Assembly (NCBI GenBank): GCA_002104905.1
Contig: MCFE01000208.1
Coordinates: forward strand, 62,001-126,000
DNA length: 64,000 nt
Direction of reading: 5' to 3'
From: Basidiobolus meristosporus CBS 931.73
Taxonomy: Eukaryota; Fungi; Basidiobolomycota
The translations under genes were made by a program, and so were the position numbers. Of this stretch, positions 11,170 through 24,500 are shown in pieces. The stretch's first letter is position 1, and each line of letters opens with the position of its first letter. Below the pieces are notes generated by a model. That model ran no database searches. It had not been told where the DNA came from and saw only the letters and a program-made list of their open reading frames with translations.

Positions 11170-14100
11170 AGAAATCTGGTATTTAGATATGTTTCTTTAA
11201 TGTAAATGGAAATAAATGTATTTCATACAATAAACTACACTGATATTTACCAATTTGGTTACCATCACTGTAATGGATAGTATCTCAACAGTGAATTGGT
11301 CCAAGAGTATCCTGAGCTGTCAGCCCCTAATTGGCTCTCTGAACAATACACAAGCTACCTGATTTGCCATCAAATATTGCATTTTGCCCATTGAGCAAGC
11401 AAATCCCTGATTCTAGTGATTGGACAAGGTGTCATAGCTAGCACGCAACCAATTGAATAGGTGCAAGACAAATCAAATGGCTGCACTGATGTAACAGATG
11501 ATGTATATACATGTAGGGTGTTTATTTATAGGGGTTCTGTCTCAAATGTGAGACAACCTTGATATTGCTTATATCAAAAATTTATTGATCACTGATGTGC
11601 AATGGCTTGATTTGGATTGTAAAAAAAATGTGTAGTTTGGATCATGATAATAGTAGTGATTCAATGCAATTGCATCATCTTCTCCTAGGTTTTTTTCTCA
11701 CAGGGATTACTACTGAAGCATTGATAGTGGTTCACTCTGCACACCTCAACTACTTTAATGTTGACTATCCTCTGGGCTACTTGCATATTTGTAGTCAATA
11801 TTTTGCCTCCTAGATGATGCGTGCAATGCTGCAGCTTGGCTGCGCTAATTGATCCGGATTATGCTGCCAAACCAGCCTGCAGTGCTGCATGCTGATGCAT
11901 TCTTTTACTTGCCAAAGGCTCTGGTGGTGGAGGCACTCCATGTGGGTTATCATCAGCTGTTCCACCAGAAGGAACTTGCTAATGGTCAGCTGTAATGACA
12001 CGTGCAGGCACAGCTTGATATGCTGGCATGGCTCTTGGCTGAGTTTGATGTGATACTGCTTGTTGACGCAACTTGACCTGCTCTAATGGACTTGTGTCTC
12101 AGAAAACTGCTTGACAAGTAATGGTGGATTTGCTCTGAAGTGCATGTGTTGACCCAACATGTGTTGACTCAATGCGTAATGCTTGTGAAGGGTGTTGGCG
12201 TAGTTTGGACTGATGTGTGCTGGCATGCTGAAGTTGCAAGGGATGGTAGGGAGTCCATCAAGGCATGCTGGCACAATCAAGATGCTATTGCTTGCAGTCT
12301 GTATTCTTCCTCTGGAAGCTCACCTGATGATTCTTCAAGGCTTTCACTTACCCTCTGTCTAATACTTTGGAACTATTGCCTGGATGAGTCCTGTGTATGT
12401 TGCTCTTGGAAGCCACTTAGCTCTATTAATATATCTGGTAATACATTAGTCATTTAAGGCCAAAACCCATTCAAAATTGTTTTGGTTCTTAAAGCTGAGG
12501 CACAAATGGATAGATCTGGCCTGTACTGTGCATATTATGGGCAAAATTGCTCCTGCACAGCTTCCTCATCAAATTCTTTCACTCTCAGCGCATTCTTGAT
12601 TTCAGTACTTGTCTTGTTATATATCTTATTACTTAAATGTGCTGCCATCTTGATGTAGAACTCACACCACAGCTTTCTACTCAGGTTAACATATGCCTGT
12701 CAGCTCTCTAAGTTGTCTACTTCTGCCAGATTAATGAGTAGTGACCAAATATCTGCATGAAGGCTCATCATGGACACTTGGGCTGTACTAAAATTCTTGG
12801 CAAGAGCTTGAATGGATCCAACTTTGACTTCTCTGGTCTGAACCCCACTTGCAAGCTGAGGGTATGGGTTTTGTCTGGGTTGTACTAAAGATGAGTTGAG
12901 ACTTGGCATAGGGACCATAGTGACAGATTTAAATACTTGCACAGTAGTGTTTTGGCATCAACCTGGTTTTATATGAAATATATATGAAAACTAATGTGAT
13001 TGCTGATTTTTCCATATATTATGCATGCTGCATCTTGGATTGCACTGACACAGATTGGATCCCATTGATTGTAAATTTCCTATTTGGCTATAGACCTGTG
13101 AGTAAATCACCAATAAAGTCACCAAGTTATTATTGGAGGATGTTTTTTGCTGCATAATGATGGGATTGATGAAAATTTGATCATAATGCATGGAAGATAA
13201 GATAAGTTAGGCTGATTGTGCTGATGGATTTATATCACCTCCACCAAGATTTGCTACAATGGTGATATGACGTACTCATCTAAATGGTCTTTTCTCATCA
13301 ACCTCATCACTACCACTGGATCTCCTTTTCACTCATTAGAGGAGGTCTATTCCCAGTAATGTGGACTATCTACTGCAATTTACTCCAGGAGATCCCTTGT
13401 TAAGCTTCTCTGCTATTACAAGAACTATTGCCCTACAAGGTTTCATCCCACCACTCATGACAACAGAAGTCCTAGAAGCTTTCATTGACAGCTTACAGCT
13501 ATGGAGAGCTACCTTGCAGAGGGTATGAGTGACCTAGAGTAAACTTGGAACACTAGGCTTGGAAGGTCTAATAGACTACCATATCCTAGAGTGTTCAGCA
13601 ACAGGTTCCATGTAAGAAGTATATTGGATACCTTCCTAGTCAGCATTAACAGACCTTCTAGAGGGCAGAGGCACTTTTATTCTGGTAAGTACAAGGCACA
13701 CTCTGTGAAGTTTCAAGCACTGTCTGACAATGAGAGTAACATCATCTGGTTTAGTGGACCATTTGCTGGAAGTAGGCATGACAAAGCACTCTAAGAATAG
13801 AATCATCCAGAATTCAGTAGAGGGGAGAAATTTATGGTAGACTGAGCTTAAATATGCAATGATTGAATGCAATTAGGATGTATTGCAGCATAGAGGAAGC
13901 CAAGGAATGGTGTGCTTAGCAGGAAGCAGAAGCTCTAAAATGAGATATTTAATCATTTCAGAGTTACGGTAGAGCAAACATTTGTTTATCTGAAGAGAAT
14001 CAACATATTGGCTGATAAATTCAGAGGAAAGTCATATATAGGAGAAAACAGCAGAATAGGTAAAATAGTTAAGATAATTATCAATGCACAGTATATTCAT

Positions 14101-14315
14101 ACAAGAAGACATCCACTGAGAGAAATATGTTGGAAGCATTATGAAGAGTAAATGTATCAAGGAAAGCACTAGTCTGAGCAACATAAGTAAGATTAACTAA
14201 AGTTACCAGTAACTATATCCTACTACTGGTATTATGGAACAGAATATAGTGCCAGATAGCGCCGCAAAGTGCCAGGTCAATCTGGCACTATAAACTGGCT
14301 GGCACCATGTGACAC
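11170..14315. mobile_element. PIF/Harbinger-like element remnant: unknown 'ORF X' on - (~11600-12990) and transposase on + (~13440-14040)
   Basis: SILDTF (D1), FMVD*A (D2) and RVTVEQTFVYLKRINILADKFRG (E, ~13957-14030); the ORF X region recurs at 33430-35250 and 53560-54750. Confidence 0.65.
14245..14310. repeat. Cluster of direct and inverted (T/A)GTGCCAG motifs, probable DNA-transposon subterminal region
   Basis: TAGTGCCAGA, AAGTGCCAGG, TCTGGCACTA, GCTGGCACCA; a second copy lies at 56340-56390. Confidence 0.55.
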
Positions 14316-14329
14316 TATCCAACAGAACA

Positions 14330-15014
14330 AGTCCAATAAAAGATACCTACTCTGAGTATTCCTCACAAGTGGTGCCTCTAAGTTCAGTTGGCAGTTGGCG
14401 TGGTTTCCTGGGAGTGTCCTGTGGTCTGGGATTGGAAGTTCAGGTAGCAGCAGGTAGCAGTGATCACACTATTCAATAGCTGGTATATTGATATAAGGGA
14501 TGATGATTTATTGTTGAGTAATTGCCCCCCCTTACATACTTTTCTCACTTGCAAAGTAATCACTAACCATGGTGTTCCAGAAGGTCCTGGTGATCAAATA
14601 GAATCTTAATGACATTAGAATGAGCTAAGAATGTTCCAAGTAAGTGCTGGAAGGTTCTAAGAGGCACAGCATACCTAACCAATCAGGGATCAGAGTAATG
14701 AGCCTTTGTAACATAGGGATATCATATATGGTATGAACATGATAGTGATGTTGATGCAGTTGGGTCATATGTTATGGGTACTGGCACAGGTACCTGCCTA
14801 AAATAACAGCACTTACATCAAGTAATCTTACATAAAGTGAGGGTTCACTTATGCAATAAGCTAAATGGGTGTGATAGTCAGCTGGCTTATGAGATAGTAC
14901 TAATCCAGTAAGACAAATGGGATAAAACTAATATAAGGCTAGTAGAAAAGTAGGGAAGTAGGAAATATGCAGATGAGCACATCTATCAGTGGGTGTCACT
15001 GTAGTCCCACTACA
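14330..15014. repeat. 3' part of a TGTGGTGG-family LTR
   Basis: Collinear with 34430-35111; ends CCCACTACA. Confidence 0.78.
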
Positions 15015-15120
15015 ACACTGTGGTCTTCAGCTGGCACTGCATGGTCTAGCACCTCATATACCAGTCTTTGCAATAAACCCTTGCAATATTCAAGTGTGTA
15101 CTCTTGAGCACTGCTGCAGC

Positions 15121-15489
15121 TGTTGAAGTACTGGACTATTTGGTATCATTCAGCATCTAAAAGTTTACTTAACAATTCTAGACTAGTCTTAGTTGCTGTA
15201 GGACTCATTTACTGCCTTAACTTTGCCGCTTTCTCCAGATATATGATCTTATGATTATTCCCCTATAGTCAGGATCAAATTAGCACTATTACCAAACATT
15301 ATGTACTAACCCTGACACTGTTACAGAATGCTCTTGAATATTGAGAAACCCTCCCCACTTAGTGTTACAGCTGTATTACTTCTACAAAGGTATAAATACT
15401 GAGCTTCTTTATAAATAAACAACAGTTCAACTATTTTCACTATTTCTTGATAAGTTCCTTAGATCCAAATCACTTCTTATATTGCAACA
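15121..15489 (+). repeat. Copia-B solo LTR (369 bp) inside an ORF Y fragment (15015-15850)
   Basis: TGTTG...CAACA; perfect 5-bp TSD GCAGC (15116-15120 / 15490-15494); homologous to 21574-21940. Confidence 0.9.
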
Positions 15490-16532
15490 GCAGCCTCATG
15501 GTGTGCCTATTGATATTCCAATATTTCACTGAATGCATTGTGATAATCTTTTAAGTTCTTGACATTGTAGCCTTGTTTTCAGTGGGATTTCCACTCTGTC
15601 AACAATGCAGGAAGTGGAGGCCATGGTAGACAAATTGCCTTTTTGTACAGACTCATCTACCATGCTGGGGTGTAGCTCAACTGGCTGCTCTTCTAAATCT
15701 TGCAAAAACAGCTGTTTTCTTGTTGGTAATTCTTCTTGGCTATGACAAGATCCAGCCTGTTCCGGGCTTGTGGCATCAATTGGCAAGAACTGTGGCTGTT
15801 TTGCAGGCTTCCCTGTCTCAGGCTTGGGTAGACATCTTCCGTTTACCCTTATATATAGCCTCTTAAGCTGCTTGACATGCAGCCATATATTCAGCTTCAG
15901 TTGTAGATATGGCCACAGTTGTTTGTTTCTTGCAATCCCAAGTAATATCTACACCAGTGTAGAGAAATACATACTCAGTGGTACATTGTCTATTCATCAG
16001 ATCTCTTCCCCTATTTGAATCACTAAAAGCATAAAATATTTGCTTATTAGCTGCTCCAGAGTATTCCAGCATCATATTCATGGCAGCTTATATATATCTA
16101 AAAATCCACTTAACTGCTATAATTTGATCTGATCCATAATTCTGCATGAATTGGCTCACTATTCCAGCTGCCACTGCCATATCTGTATGTTAGACACCAT
16201 CATGTACATCATGCAACCAACTATTGATTGATTGGAAAGGTTTTGTTCCATATTAAGCCATTTTCACCTAAAACTGGCTGAGATTTGTTCAATTTTAGAT
16301 TTTTATTTATAAGGTTGGCTGCAGTCTTGCAATTTTCCACTTGTAAGCATGGGGGTCTTTTAAATTGGTAAAACCTTGTGGTTGCTCCACATATATAGTT
16401 TCTTGCAAATCCCCATTTAGAGTGGCTGTTTTGGCATTGATTTAGTGTTGATCTAGACTGCGTACAGCTGCCAGGTTAGGGCTGTCCTAATGGAGTTAAA
16501 CTTGGCAACCAGAGCAAATATTTCCTTAAAGT

Positions 16533-19500
16533 TGTTATAATCCGCTGCTTAAATGTTTAAGTTAGATCAGTTTTTAGTCAAATAAATCAATTATATGCTT
16601 AGCTTATCAATATATTAGTCTTATCTATCAAATTAGTAGCATCAGTCAGCAGATGAATCAGCAGATCCTTATCAGACAGAAATAGATATATTATGTAAGA
16701 TCTTATGGGGTGATGATGATGCAATCAAATGAGTCATCAGCCACAGCCTGCATTAGGAAATACAATTAGTCAGCAAATGATCTGGCAAAATATATATAAG
16801 GAGCTGCTGGAACCTCAGTAAAGATCAGTTCAAGTTCTAGTAAATATAATACTAGCTAAACTTCTTATTCTTCTACAACTCTTATACCAAGACTTGTAAC
16901 ATTGGTAGCAGCAATAACTAGAAACATTCCTCATGAAGAAAGAAGAAGTCTCACTCAGGATGCCCTAAAATCAAGAATGGAAGAATGCTATGCAACAAAT
17001 CCTAGCTCAGCAGCAACAGTTACTCCAGATCCTTAGCCTGCAGCAATAAGGAATGACTACTGTGGCCCAAAGCCAGCAGAACCCTGTCAAGAGCAACTTT
17101 AGTGTGAATGTCAACTGGTGCCATGGTAGAGTCAATGAAAAACTGGGAACATGGCTCTTCCAGATTGAAGAAGCCTTCATGGCTAAGGGAATTGCTCCAG
17201 AAAGCAAGTTACATTATGCAGCCTCTTACCAGGCAAATGCAGCTTTACAGTGGTATCACAGCAAGATCAGGTCAGCCACCATGATGGGATGCTCTAAAAT
17301 CTCTAACTGGGATGAGTTTGTGTTGGAAAATCAGGATGCCTCTGAGTCCCCACACCAACACACACTACTAAGTAGAAAGCTGAAGACACTCAAACAGAGA
17401 GGAATGGTCCAAGAGTACATCTATGAGTATAGATGTCTACTTGAGCAAATTGAAAGAATGTACCCTCTGGATCAAGTTGAATACTTTAATGATGGGTTGA
17501 AAGAAAGTACTTGTAAGGAAGTGAATTAGCAAAGACCTCAGACTATTGAAGATGCCATCAAGATTTCCATTGACTATGACTCAGCTATGTTTGGAGTTAG
17601 GAAGCCCACAATGAGTAATGAGAGAGGCTACAATCCCTATCAAAGAAGACAATCAGAAGCAGTGCCAATGGAAATAGATGCTACGCAGAAGAATCCTACC
17701 TCAGAAGAATGTAAGTAGAAAGGACTTTGCTTCAATTGCCACCAGCAGGGACATATTGCAAAGTACTGCCCTCAAAGATGAAATGGACACCAACTATCAA
17801 GAACCATTAACCATATTGAGGCCATGGAGCTTAGTCACATTGAGGATGAACTTAAAGAAGACTCAGAACTCACCTTCCAAATGACAGAAGAATACCTATC
17901 CCAGATGACCTCAAACTCAGGATATCTATTACACTTGAATGGAGTAATCAATGGAGGACCTGCCAAGATCAAGATTGACTCAGGAGCATTGCATGAGTAC
18001 ATGTCAGAGCAATTTGATTTGAAAGCTAGAATCAGCTTGGAACCCACCAAATCAACTTCAGTCTTAACAGCTGATAGGAACTCTCTCATAATCAACCATA
18101 TTACTCAGCCAAAAAGGATGAAGATCAATGACTATGAAGAAGAGCTACAGGCCTATATATTTGGGAACTGCAAGTTTGACCTTGTACTGGGGAAAACCTG
18201 GGTATTTTGCTGTAATCCATCAATCAACTGGGGAACCCATGCTACTCAGATCCTGAAGGACAACAAGACCTATGAGCTATTACCTGCCAGACTGGATCTT
18301 AACTTGGTCAATTCTAGTGTGTGTGAAACAAGTGAGCTCATTAAGACACAGTTCTGTAGAGGACTATGAAAAGGCACTCAGATGTTCCTCATGGCAGTAT
18401 TACAGGAGGATTCCTCCACTCCAGTACCCCAGAAGGTCCAGAATCTTTTGAAGGAGTATTCAGACGTATTTCCAGAAGAGCTTGTAAGCCTATTACCAGT
18501 CAGAGATGTGGATCATGCCATTGAAGCAGGAGATAGCCCTCCGGTAAGTAAGTCACCTTACAGAATGAGTCCATTGGAGTTGGAAGAGATGAAGAGACAA
18601 ATAGTGCAGTTACTGGAGCAGGGATATATCCAACCCCACAAGTCACCTTGGGGAGCACCAGTACTTTTTGTGAAGAAGATGGATGGATCAATTAGATTAT
18701 GCTTTGAGTATAGAGCCTCCAACTTAGTTGTTGTGAAGAATAAGTACCCCATACCTTGGATTGATGAGCACCTGGACCAACTCAATGGAGCCACTATTTT
18801 CAGCAAGATTGACCTCTTGTCAGGATACAACCAGATTAGGGTGAAGCCAGAAGATATCCCAAAGACAGCATTCAGGACTAGATATGGACTTTACAAGTAC
18901 TTAGTCATGAGTTTTGGCCTCACCAATGCCCCTGCAACATTCATGATGCTGATGCAGAATGACTTCCAGGAGTACTTAGGCAAGTTTGTCATAATCTACC
19001 TAGATGATATATTGATACACAGCAAGACAGAAGAGGATCACATGGTGCACATTGAACAGGTCTTGAAGAAACTAAGAGAGAACAAGCTTTATGGCAATTT
19101 ACCCAAGCATGAATTCTTCAAGGAACATGATGAATATCTGGGACACATTGTGACTAGCAAATGAGTAACCTTAGACCCTGAGAAGGTTGAAGTTATCAAG
19201 AATCTGAAGCAGCCCCATAGCATATCTGAGCTCAGATCATTCCTTGGAATGGTTTCCTATTGTTGGAGATTTGTCAAATCTTTTGCAAGTATTGCAGCCC
19301 CTTTAACTGATATCCTCAAGAAAGACAATACCTACAAGTGGGTCATACCTTGTAAGACTGCCTTCCAGATGCTCAAAAATATACTTGCTAAGCTGCAAAG
19401 CTTAAGCATACCTGACTTCCAAAAAGAGTTTACTCTGTGCACAGATGCTTCATATTATGCAATTAGTGGAGTGTGGAGCCAAGAACACATGGGAAAGGAC

Positions 19501-21419
19501 TACCCTATTGCCTTTGAATCCAAGAATCTTAACTCAGCAGAACAAAACTATCCAGTGCATGAGAAGGATATGCTTGCTATAATACATTGTTGAAAGACAT
19601 GGAAATGCTAAATTGAAGGAGTCAAATGCACTGTGAAGACTGATCATGCCTCCCTTAAGTATATATTTACTCAGAAGGTGCTCTCTGGAAGAATGACAAG
19701 ATGGAGTGAGTACATTCAGCAATTTGATTAGGAGATTGTCTACTGCCCTGGAAAAAACAACAGTCGCTGATATCTTACCAAGACTAGAACAAGTTGCACA
19801 ACTCAACTTGGTGCATGAATCAGATTGGCCTAGCCTATTACCAAAGTACTTGGAGGACCAAGCCATTCCTAATGAGGTGGATGAAGATATCAAGAAGAAG
19901 ATCCTGGATGAAGCCAACAAACTTGTAGTACAGGATGAAACACTCTACCATATTGTTGATCAAAGCCCTATTGCCTATTGCCCTTAAGTTGCTTGCCTGG
20001 ATTTGATACATAAGCTACACAATGGATATGGACAACTTGGAATTGAAGGAACCTATAGCCTTGTGAAAGCCAGAGCATGGTGACCCAGAATAAACAAGAC
20101 ATAGAGAAGCTAGTGAAAACATGCCCAACTTGCCAAATCAACCAAGGCCAACCACAGAGAATGGCTGAACTCTTTTATTGGAGCCAGTAAGACCATTTGA
20201 AGTATGGGGAACTGACTTTATTAGAAGACTCCCAACTACCAGGAAATGCAACCATTGGATCCTAGTAACAATTGACCATGCCACTGAATGGCCAGTGGCT
20301 AAAGCTGTACCTACAGCCAGTGAAGAAGAAGTTGCAAGTTTCATCTACCATGAGATCCTTATGAAGTTTAGATGCCCTGTAGAGATTCTATCCAGCAGAG
20401 GCGCAAACCTAATTGCAAAGATATTGGAAGCTTACCTGGAAATGCAGAAGATCAAACACTTGAAAACCTGTGCATATCATCCCAGAACTAATGGATTCAC
20501 TGAACAGTTTAATAGATTATTTGGAAAAGTGCTAACCGGGTATGCAAATGGTGTTGTCAGTAAATGGGAGGAGTATAGAGACCAAGCACTCTTTGCCTGC
20601 AGAGTCAGAGTACAAAACACCACCCAACAATTGCCATTTTACTTAGTGTATGAATGTGAACCAAGGCTTCCAGGAGATCTCACACAACCAAAGCTTATAG
20701 ATGCCTTAGAAGATGAACTCAGTTAGCCAAGTAGACACCAGCAACTGCAACAAAGACATCAAGAGGCACAGGCCAAAGTATCTCAAAGTGCAGAAAAGAT
20801 GAAGAAGTGATTTGATGAAACAACACTCAGAAGAAGTTTGTGCCACAATGGACAGGACCATTCAAGATCATCTGAGAATGTCCACTTGCAACTTACCAAC
20901 TAGTGGACAAACAAGGCAATATCCAGGAAGACTTAGTGCATAGGGACAGACTCAGGCTTGCAAGACTTGCTGATAATACTGAACTATCAAGTTATTGGTA
21001 TCACAAGAAAAGAGATTCAGGAGAACCCTCTCAGCTTTAGTAAGGGAGAATGTTATGATCTGCCACTTGAATGTTGAAGCTAGAGCAGTTTTTAGTCAAA
21101 TCAATTATTTATATGTTTAGCTTATCAGTATATCAGTATTATCTATCAAATTAGTAGCATTAGTCAGCAGATGAATCAACAGATCCTTATCCAACAGAAA
21201 TAGGTATATTAAGTAGGATCTTATTGGGTGATGATGATGCGATCAAATGAGTCATCAGCCACAGTCTACAATAGGAAATACAACTAGTCAGCAATTAATC
21301 TGGCAAATTATATATAAGGAGCTGCAGGAACCTCAATGAAGATCAGTTCAAGTTTTGGTGAATACAATACTAGCTAAACTCCCTATTCCTCAACACCTCT
21401 TTTACAAAGACTTGTAACA
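16533..21419 (+). mobile_element. Ty3/gypsy element G1 (LTRs 16533-16901 and 21051-21419), degenerate single gag-pol ORF, no chromodomain
   Basis: TG...CA 369-bp LTRs; 4-bp TSD AAGT; PBS TGGTAGCAGC 16903-16912; PPT before 21051; CFNCHQQGHIAKYC, IDSGA, YLDD, TDAS and integrase motifs. Confidence 0.93.
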
Positions 21420-21573
21420 AAGTCTAGTCCCTGAATCTGGGATAGCCTTTAGCCCCCAATCTAGCCTTCTGCTTATTGGTAGTACCATTTGAGGTTATTT
21501 TGAACTTGTAGACCCATCTGTATCCTATTGGGTTTGTCCTATTTGGTAAATCTACCAGTTCCCATGTTTTTGC

Positions 21574-24500
21574 TGTTGAAATATTTGGTTATTTACTATT
21601 AATCAGCAGCTAAAAATTTACTAAGCAATTCCAAACCAGTCTTTGTCACTGTAGGATTAATTTGCACCTCAACTTTGACAGTTTTTTCACAACTATGATT
21701 CTATGATTATTCTCCTATAGTCAGATCAAATTAATGCTGCTACCAAAAATAATGTACTAACCCTGAAACTGCTAAAGAATGCCCTTAAATGTTAAGAAAC
21801 CCTACTTACTTAGTGCTATAACTGTATCACCTCTACAGAGGTATAGTTACTGATCCTCTTTATTAATATACAACAGTCAAACTATTATCACTATCCCTTG
21901 ATAAGTTCCTTATATTCAAATCACTGCTTAAATTGCACCAGGTTATGTGCCCCAGTTACCTTAACCTATTCTAAAGATGACTTCTACCAGCAAACAGAAC
22001 TACACAAACATCTTTCCTGTAAAGAAGAGGCTTGACAGCAAGAACTACAGACCTTGAAGAATCAAGATGCAGATCCACCTTGAGGAAAGAAAACTTTGGA
22101 ATATAGAAACAAGAAAAGAAGTGGAGCCCAAAGGAACAGCAGAAGCAGTAGAGAAGTTTCAAGAGAAGGAGAGAAAGCCCATTAATGCTATGTGTATCAA
22201 TGTGCAAAATTCCTTCATTGGACAAATCCATGCTTCAAATACTGCCAAAGCAGTATGGGAGTCCTGAGAAAATCTTTAGAGCAATGTCAGTATCAAGCAA
22301 ACTTTGTCTAAGACAAAAGTTCTTCAACATGAGGGAGAGGCCAGATGATGACAAGTTACAACTCATTATCAGATTGGTGACACTTCAAGAAGAACTTTAC
22401 AGGATTAATGCTGGTCCAGATGAGTAAAAGATACTTGGCCTGCTTTGTAGCCTACCAGATATGAATGAGCAACTCATACTTTCTTTTAAGAGCAGCAAAG
22501 AGAACTTGGCTTTAGACCATGTTAAAGGAAGACTTCTCCTTGAAGAACTCTGACACAATAGTCAAGCAGAGAAAATTGAAGACAATGATTTATTCATCTT
22601 CAACAGGCACACAGAAAAGAAGGGAAAGCAACAACACCAAAGGAAACCTTGTGGCTGTCATTACTGTACAAAGCCAGGACACTGGGCAAGAGGATGCAGC
22701 AAGAAATAAGCAGATGGAAAGCCGAAACTGGAGCTAGCAAACCATATAACTACAGATGAGTAGCTATTTGTAACTGTACAAGAGAGTACAAGCAACTAAA
22801 GTAATAAGTGGTACATTGACTCTGGAGCATCTCAGCATATTTGTGGTATAAAGGAGTGATTCAGCAACTTCAAGACTATTTCTGCAAGAAAGGTTTTTCT
22901 GGGAGACAACTGTGCACTGGAAGCTAACACTAGTGGGGCTACACTACTTGGAATGAGTGGTATATCAGAAGCTTCATTAGCAAAAATGACTGGCATATTC
23001 CGCATACCTGTAATAGCTAGGAAACTACTCTCAGTTGGTACAGCAAATGCTCAGGAACTGAAACTTACTTTTACTAAGCTGAACTGCTCATTATTGAGTG
23101 AAAATGGACAAGAATTAGATTTGGGAATCAGAGATCACAATACATATAGGTTACAATGCAAGATTATTGTACCTGAGTATGTGAACATTGCTGAAATCTA
23201 TTAAATCAACTGGGAAACATGGCATAGGAGGCTAGGACACATTGGGGAACAGAAAATGAGCCAATTGATGGCAAATGAGCTTGTTTCAGCCTATGTTACC
23301 CAATAACCATAATATTGAGTGTCTGTAAGGGATGTTCATATGACAAACAAGCTAGGCAATTTAGTGAGAGTTCAGCCGGCATCAGCACCATCAAGATATT
23401 GGCTGTTGTACACTCAGACATTTGTGGGCCCATGAGAACAATGTCCTCTAGAGTCAAGAGATACTTTATGACAATTATTGATGCCAAGACAAGATATACA
23501 TAGGTACACTTCCTTAAAACAAAGGATGAGGATTTAAAGACATTTAGCCACTTCAAAAACATGGCAGAAACACAAACTGGGTGTAAATTGATATACTTTG
23601 AAGTTATTATGGAAGAGAATACTGCTCAAAGGAGTTTGCAAAGCACTGCTCACCCACTGGTTTACTTTTACAGGCTACTGTTCCAGATACTCCACAGAAA
23701 AATGGGGTTGCAGAAGGTACCTATAAAGTAATAATAGAGTTGGGAGGATCTATACTCCATGATTAGGGAATGGACTATAAGTTTTGGGCTGAATCTGTTG
23801 CTGACATGGTACACATCAAGAATAGATCTCCAACTACAGTACTAAACAATTATACACCCTTGGAAGCATATACAGCCAAAAAAGCAGACCCCCAGCACCT
23901 CAGGATCTTTGGCAGTGGTGTCTTCTATCACATCCCTGACAAAAAAAATTCAAAGCTGGAGCAAAAGAGTAGAAAAGGGATCTGTCTTGGGTATTGTGAT
24001 GATATCAAAGGGTATAGAGTGTGTGATGGCAGAATTTAGAAGCTGATCAAGGGCAGGGACGCTTTATTTGAGAAGAATTCAGATCAGAAAGCCATAGTCA
24101 ACATTGGCCAGCTGCCTGATGATGCAGTCAACACCAATGAAGAAGATACATACCAAATTCAGCCAGATGCAAATGTTAGTTCTACTAGCTCCAGATCAGA
24201 GAAGATCATCCCAGCTAGGAGATCTACCAGAATAAGTATGCACCAGGATCCTGGCGGCAGATATCCAATGATCATCAAGAAGCTTTTCTTGCCTTATGTA
24301 CCAATCCTCACAATCTGGAACAGGCAATGCAAGGCCAGATGCTACTATGTGGCAACAAGCCATGCAGGAGGAGTACCAATCACTGATCAATGCAACAACA
24401 TGGGAACTGGCAGGTTTACCAAAAGGGAGGAAGCCAATCAGATGTAGAAGGGTCTACCAGATCTAGATAACATCAAATGATATCATTGATAAGTACAAGG

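Noticed and set aside
14245-14310. CRISPR-like or other regularly spaced array
   Set aside because: The motifs are 8-10 bp, alternate in orientation and lack regular unique spacers; no array was seen anywhere in the window.
14712-14722. CATAGGGATAT as the right TIR + TSD for the CMC end at 9881
   Set aside because: It lies inside the TGTGGTGG-family LTR; the same sequence occurs at ~34812, and the Harbinger host does not resume after it.
10542-15014. 10542-10925 and 14330-15014 as two halves of one LTR split by a 3.4-kb insertion
   Set aside because: The halves are complementary, but the outer flanks are non-adjacent positions of ORF Y, no TSD is evident and no left terminus for the insert was found; unresolved.
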